Shown: positions 59,713-64,000 of the stretch, piece after piece
Layout: every line of letters starts with the position of its first letter
How positions within the stretch are numbered: position 1 is the first letter of the stretch
Assembly: GCA_965218305.1 (NCBI GenBank)
Contig: OZ244617.1
Coordinates: 2,270,061 to 2,334,060, forward strand
Reading direction: 5' to 3'
Source: an uncultured Candidatus Binatia bacterium
GTDB lineage: Bacteria; Desulfobacterota; Binatia; UBA9968; JAJDTQ01
DNA length: 64,000 bases
Notes under the pieces: generated by a model
The model's database searches: none
Told to the model about the DNA's origin: nothing
Seen by the model: only the letters and a program-made list of their open reading frames with translations
Position numbers and translations under genes: made by a program

Positions 59713-60623
59713 TCGTCACCTACACCATCGAGCACCGGATGCATTTCAGATACCCCGCGCCGGCCCGGGACTCGGTGATGACGCTGTACGTGTGTCCGAT
59801 CCGCGACCGTACGCAACTGCTCCGGGAGTTCTCCGTTCTCACCGATCCGGATGGCCCGCTGTTCGACTTCATCGACCCCTTCGGCAACACCGGGCATTTC
59901 CTGGACCGCCCCCATGACCACGAGCTTTTCGCCGTCACCGCCCGGTCCGTTGTGGAGGTGGGGCCGCTGGCGCCGACACCCGAGCGGCTGGACCCCGGAG
60001 CCTCGGAAGAGCTGCAGCCCGCGCTGGAGACCGTCGAGCTTTGGCCGATGGTGCAACCCAGCCGCTTCGTCGGTTGGACGCCGGCTCTGGAGAGGTTCGT
60101 AGCGACGCACGATATCGTGGCGGGGGATGATCCCCTGGTGAGCACCAGGGAACTCTGCACTAGGCTTCACCAGGTGTTCGAGTATGCTCGGGGGGAAACT
60201 CGCGTTGATTCGCCCATCGACAGGATCCTCGAGACCGGCCGGGGCGTTTGCCAGGACTACGCTCACGTGATGGCCGCCATCCTGCGCGGCTGGGGGATCC
60301 CGTGCCGTTACGTGTCGGGCTACCTCGGGCCTCCCGCGGGAGGAGTGGCGCCATGCGAGAGCCACGCCTGGGTGGAATGCTGGTTTCCCGGCATCGGCTG
60401 GATCGGGTTCGACCCCACCAACGACACCGAAGGAGATGAACGTCACATCCGGGTCGCGGTCGGGCGGGACTACGCCGATGTCCCTCCGACCCGCGGCGTC
60501 TTTCGCGGGGCCGCCGGTTCGACTCTCGAAACCGAGGTGCTCATCGAGCGGAACGCCGACGCGATTTCGCCCGCGGCAGGACCTCCGCACGGAAAGCCGG
60601 ACCCTACCCTCTCATCAACTTGA
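59709..60623 (+). CDS. Transglutaminase-like protein
   Basis: D.FGN, GVCQDYAH, RYVSGY, HAWVE, FDPTN, GRDYADVPP. Confidence 0.93.
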   Translation: MIVTYTIEHRMHFRYPAPARDSVMTLYVCPIRDRTQLLREFSVLTDPDGPLFDFIDPFGNTGHFLDRPHDHELFAVTARSVVEVGPLAPTPERLDPGASEELQPALETVELWPMVQPSRFVGWTPALERFVATHDIVAGDDPLVSTRELCTRLHQVFEYARGETRVDSPIDRILETGRGVCQDYAHVMAAILRGWGIPCRYVSGYLGPPAGGVAPCESHAWVECWFPGIGWIGFDPTNDTEGDERHIRVAVGRDYADVPPTRGVFRGAAGSTLETEVLIERNADAISPAAGPPHGKPDPTLSST

Positions 60624-61878
60624 GCCGCTCACCTTCCCAACCGGGGAACATCGCGCCATCCCTGGAACGGTCGATATGCAGATGCTCACCGGCCACCTCG
60701 GCGAAGACGGAACGAAAATCCGTCGTCACGGGCAAATCCCGCCCGTCTTCGAGCGCATCCCTCACCAGCCGCTCCGGCACGGTACCGTGTACCCTGCCGC
60801 CGTCCACCCGGTTGCCCAGCACGAACAGACAGGATCCGCGGCCATGGTCGGTCCCCAGCGAACCGTTCTGATGTACCGTGCGGCCGAACTCGGTCATGGT
60901 CAACAGCACCACGTCGTCCTGGTACGTGCCCAGATCGGCCCAGAAAGCCGCCATTGCCAGGGACAAGTCCGTGGCCCGGTTCGAAAAAGAGCCAGTCGCC
61001 GTCCCTTGCCTCACGTGGGTATCCCAACCGGGAGTCTCGGTAAAGGCCACCTCGAGCCCCACCTCCGATTTGATGAGCATGGCCACCTGCCGCATTCTGC
61101 GACCCAGTGCCGACTCGGGATAGTTCGCCCCGTCCGCGGGCTGGTATTCTCTCCAATTCGCCTTTCTCAACACTTCGACGGCCTCGAAGCTTTCCTTTCC
61201 GACCCGCCGGACCAGCCGTTTCCCGCTTCCGGCATACATGGACGCGAACCCGGCCCGAAGCCTTTCGGAAGCCTGCAAATCGGCCGGCACCCGAATGCCG
61301 AAGGATTGCAGGTCATCCACGGCGATCGCGGGCCGGTCACCGTACAAAGACCGTGGCAGCTTGTCCGCGAGCGCCACCGATCGAGCCGGAGACCCCCCGC
61401 GTCCGAGCAACCCCGCGGCCCGGTTGAGCCATCCCGACGCCGTGCCCTTCACACCCGGTGTGCCCGTCTCCATATAGTCCTGCGCATCGAAATGCGATCG
61501 TGTCTTGTAGGTCGAGCCCACGCCGTGCACGACCGCCAGGCGTCCTTCCCCGTAGAGGGGCGCCAACGCCGCAAACGCAGGATGCAAGGCGAAACGTCCG
61601 TCCAGATCCGTCAACCCGTTCTCCGTATCCCTCAGGCTCATGAACAGGTTGGGACGCGCCTCGGCCAGCGCCGGATCGTCGATCGGCGTCACCGCCATCA
61701 AGCCGTCCATGGCGCCGCGCTGAAAAATTGTCACCAGCACCCTTCGGCGGCCGTGGGAAAGGGGGTCGCCCGCCGCACGGGCGGCGCGCCACAGGAACGG
61801 CGGGATACCGCCCAACGACAGCGACAACAACGTCAGGCCGCTACCCTTCACGAAGGCTCTTCGGGTCCATTCCATCAT
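60604..61878 (-). CDS. DUF1501 protein (Tat-exported)
   Basis: TRRAFVK twin-arginine signal, RGAMDGL, RSHFDAQ, GWDTH, TEFGRT, GTDHG. Confidence 0.9.
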   Translation of the reverse strand: MMEWTRRAFVKGSGLTLLSLSLGGIPPFLWRAARAAGDPLSHGRRRVLVTIFQRGAMDGLMAVTPIDDPALAEARPNLFMSLRDTENGLTDLDGRFALHPAFAALAPLYGEGRLAVVHGVGSTYKTRSHFDAQDYMETGTPGVKGTASGWLNRAAGLLGRGGSPARSVALADKLPRSLYGDRPAIAVDDLQSFGIRVPADLQASERLRAGFASMYAGSGKRLVRRVGKESFEAVEVLRKANWREYQPADGANYPESALGRRMRQVAMLIKSEVGLEVAFTETPGWDTHVRQGTATGSFSNRATDLSLAMAAFWADLGTYQDDVVLLTMTEFGRTVHQNGSLGTDHGRGSCLFVLGNRVDGGRVHGTVPERLVRDALEDGRDLPVTTDFRSVFAEVAGEHLHIDRSRDGAMFPGWEGERLKLMRG

Positions 61879-61899
61879 CGTGCTTACTCGGACAGGCTC

Positions 61900-63615
61900 C
61901 TACCGGTACTGAAACTCCGGCGACGCCAACAGCATGCTGACCACCTGCATATCCTTGCGTTCGGCATCCCGGGGGATCGTTTTCCTGGCCTCCGCGGCAA
62001 CCTCACGGGTATCCCGCGCGGGCAACAGCAATGGGCCGTAAATCGCCAGCGCTTCATCCGTCGTCATCGCGTCGCGGCGCGTTCTCCTCGGCAAACGCTT
62101 CAGGGAGACGCCCTTGATGCCGCCCGTGGCCAGCGCCACGCCAAAATTCATACGGGCGATGAGGGCGCCCGAGTTGATCCATGACTCGGCATAGTCGGGA
62201 TGACCCGTGGGCGGCGTATAGCCGTAAAGAGGCTCGCCCATGCGGTCCAACCAGCGCATCGTCGGTCGTGGATTCCTCACCTTGGCGTCCAGGGCGCGGA
62301 GAGATCTGACCACCAACTCGAACGGCGATTTTATCTTGCCGCGGCTCCTGGCCTCGGCCCAGAACGCGCGCGATTGCGCCAAGGTGGCCATCACCGCGGT
62401 GAGATCCCCGGCGGTTTCGGCAAAGGTTTCGGCCATGCGTCCCACCAGCGCATCCGGCGGATGGTCGCTCACGAACCGGCGCGCCAACTTCGTCGAAACG
62501 AAGCGCGCCGTGGACGGATGCTCCGACAGCATATCCAGAATCCGCTCGCCCTCCTCCACGCCCCCGCCGGGCGGAAAGGCCCGGCCCAACACCACCTTGG
62601 CCCGCGTGTCGTGCCAGCGTCTCCGGAACAGAAATTCCCCTTCACGAACGAGGTTCCTGTTTCCCCTCGCGATTCGCTGCGCGATTCTCTCGCGCCGGTC
62701 ACCGCGGGGCATGACGCCCCATCCGGTCAAGATGCGCGCCACCTCGGTGACGTCCCTCTGCGTGTATCCGCCATCCACGCCGAGAGTGTGCAGCTCCATC
62801 AACTCCCGGGCATAGTTTTCGTTCAAACCGAATTTGCGGCCGGGCCTGGCCTGAACGGCGGTCATTCCACCCTCACCCTGGGGCACGCCCCGTGCGGAGC
62901 GGTTCCTGCGCGGCGGCGCCATGCGCGACCGCACATTGTCCAGGTAGTACAGCATGGCCGGATGCTTGGCGGTGGCGCCCAGGAGGGTGCGGAACTTGCC
63001 CAGCACGTGAGGGCGAATGGCGTCGCGTTCATAGGAAAGCACCCGGCTCCGGGCGCCGCGATTGCGCGTGGTCACGTTGAAATGATTGAACCAGAAGTTC
63101 GTCAGCACCTCCGCGAGCTGGTTCTCACTGTAGACCGCCCGCGCCAGTTTCTGCCCCCGAAGCTCCCGGTTGAAGAGCCGGTAATAGCGGCGCAAACCGT
63201 GCTTCCTGCGATACTCCGCCATTTTCCTCTTCATCGCCTCGCGAGATGTGCTTGCCGGGTCAAGCACCCCCTCGGCCTGCATCCGCCTCCGAAGTCGTCC
63301 ATTCGGAACGTAGACTCTATCGATCTCCGCCTGGGTCATGGTCAGCGCGGGAAATGCCTTCAGGCGTCCGTCGAGCTCGGGGTCCGGCGATTGGCCTGTC
63401 AACTGCTGCGCCAACCACTGCTCCGGCCCCAGCCTGGCCACCTTCTCCACCTCACCCGGCCGCGGGCCGAAGGCGAAGCGTTCCAGCAGATAGGCGGCAG
63501 CCTGCTCATGGCTCAACCCCTCCTCCCGATAGGGCAGATTCAACTCGACGGCATGAACCGCGCCCGCAAACAGGGCCATGAAGACGGACAGAACGATCCC
63601 AAGACGCCACCTCAT
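61900..63615 (-). CDS. DUF1800 protein
   Basis: RFAFGPRPG, FWFNHF, AMLYYLDN, NENYARELMELHTLG, SPEFQYR; GGAGG RBS before ATG 63615. Confidence 0.92.
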   Translation of the reverse strand: MRWRLGIVLSVFMALFAGAVHAVELNLPYREEGLSHEQAAAYLLERFAFGPRPGEVEKVARLGPEQWLAQQLTGQSPDPELDGRLKAFPALTMTQAEIDRVYVPNGRLRRRMQAEGVLDPASTSREAMKRKMAEYRRKHGLRRYYRLFNRELRGQKLARAVYSENQLAEVLTNFWFNHFNVTTRNRGARSRVLSYERDAIRPHVLGKFRTLLGATAKHPAMLYYLDNVRSRMAPPRRNRSARGVPQGEGGMTAVQARPGRKFGLNENYARELMELHTLGVDGGYTQRDVTEVARILTGWGVMPRGDRRERIAQRIARGNRNLVREGEFLFRRRWHDTRAKVVLGRAFPPGGGVEEGERILDMLSEHPSTARFVSTKLARRFVSDHPPDALVGRMAETFAETAGDLTAVMATLAQSRAFWAEARSRGKIKSPFELVVRSLRALDAKVRNPRPTMRWLDRMGEPLYGYTPPTGHPDYAESWINSGALIARMNFGVALATGGIKGVSLKRLPRRTRRDAMTTDEALAIYGPLLLPARDTREVAAEARKTIPRDAERKDMQVVSMLLASPEFQYR

Positions 63616-63801
63616 CGCGAACCTCCGACGAGCCCGATGGCGCAAATCGCTAGTCGAGTACCTGACAGGTAATTCAATTCTCTCAAAGATACGCAATCTG
63701 TGAGTTTCGTTACCATAGGTGATAGGTGTTATGCGAAAACAAGCAACTCTGCTATCTAGTGGGCTGTCCCAATTCGGAGCAAAAGTTCAAGGAGAAGCAT
63801 C

Positions 63802-64000
63802 ATGACGCTTGCGGATGTACAGAAACTGATATCGGACAATGACGTGCGGCGTGTCGACCTCCTCGTCACCGACCTGATTGGACGTTGGCAACACTTCTCG
63901 ATACCCCCTTCCAACGTGAAGGAAAGTCTTGTGGAACGCGGCCAGGGCTTCGACGGCTCCAGCCTGCGGGGCTTCCAGTCCATCGACCAGTCCGACATGC
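63802..64000 (+). CDS. glnA: Glutamine synthetase type I, 5' part (runs off window)
   Basis: AAGGAG RBS; MTLADVQKLI...VDLLVTDLIGRWQHFSIP...GFDGSSLRGFQSIDQSDM. Confidence 0.92.
   Translation, partial: MTLADVQKLISDNDVRRVDLLVTDLIGRWQHFSIPPSNVKESLVERGQGFDGSSLRGFQSIDQSDM

Noticed and set aside
63699-63740. GlnR/TnrA/NtcA or sigma54 site upstream of glnA
   Set aside because: TGTGA...TTACCA is only a partial match and there is no GG-N10-GC element; too weak to call.

Overview
GC-rich bacterial chromosomal window (about 65-68% GC by eye). The gene content suggests a deltaproteobacterial/Binatota-like organism; this is inference only. Left part: catabolic and transport genes (TAXI-TRAP and TTT transporters, MetE-like enzyme, SDRs, GST-omega, LLM monooxygenase). 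An IS1634-family element has inserted into a REP. A glycine-reductase component-B-like pair follows, whose grdB has an in-frame UGA plus a SECIS-like hairpin, so the ORF track splits it; its usual UxxCxxC motif reads UxxSxxS. Next is a lower-GC three-gene cassette (ABC-type ATPase + PIN-like nuclease + RNA ligase), the best candidate for an undescribed RNA break/repair defence system. A five- to six-gene amidohydrolase/M20/ComDE-like/Rid catabolic cluster lies in the middle. Right part: core genes (proC, dksA, lolA, ftsK, rnj, plsC, hemH, nadK, recN), tRNA-Ala(GGC) directly followed by an ATP-grasp/alpha-E/transglutaminase operon, a DUF1800/DUF1501 pair and the start of glnA. Intergenic DNA carries several REP-like families and a recurrent TAGTGTC(C) motif that overlaps stop codons. 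All family calls come from motif recognition, not database searches.
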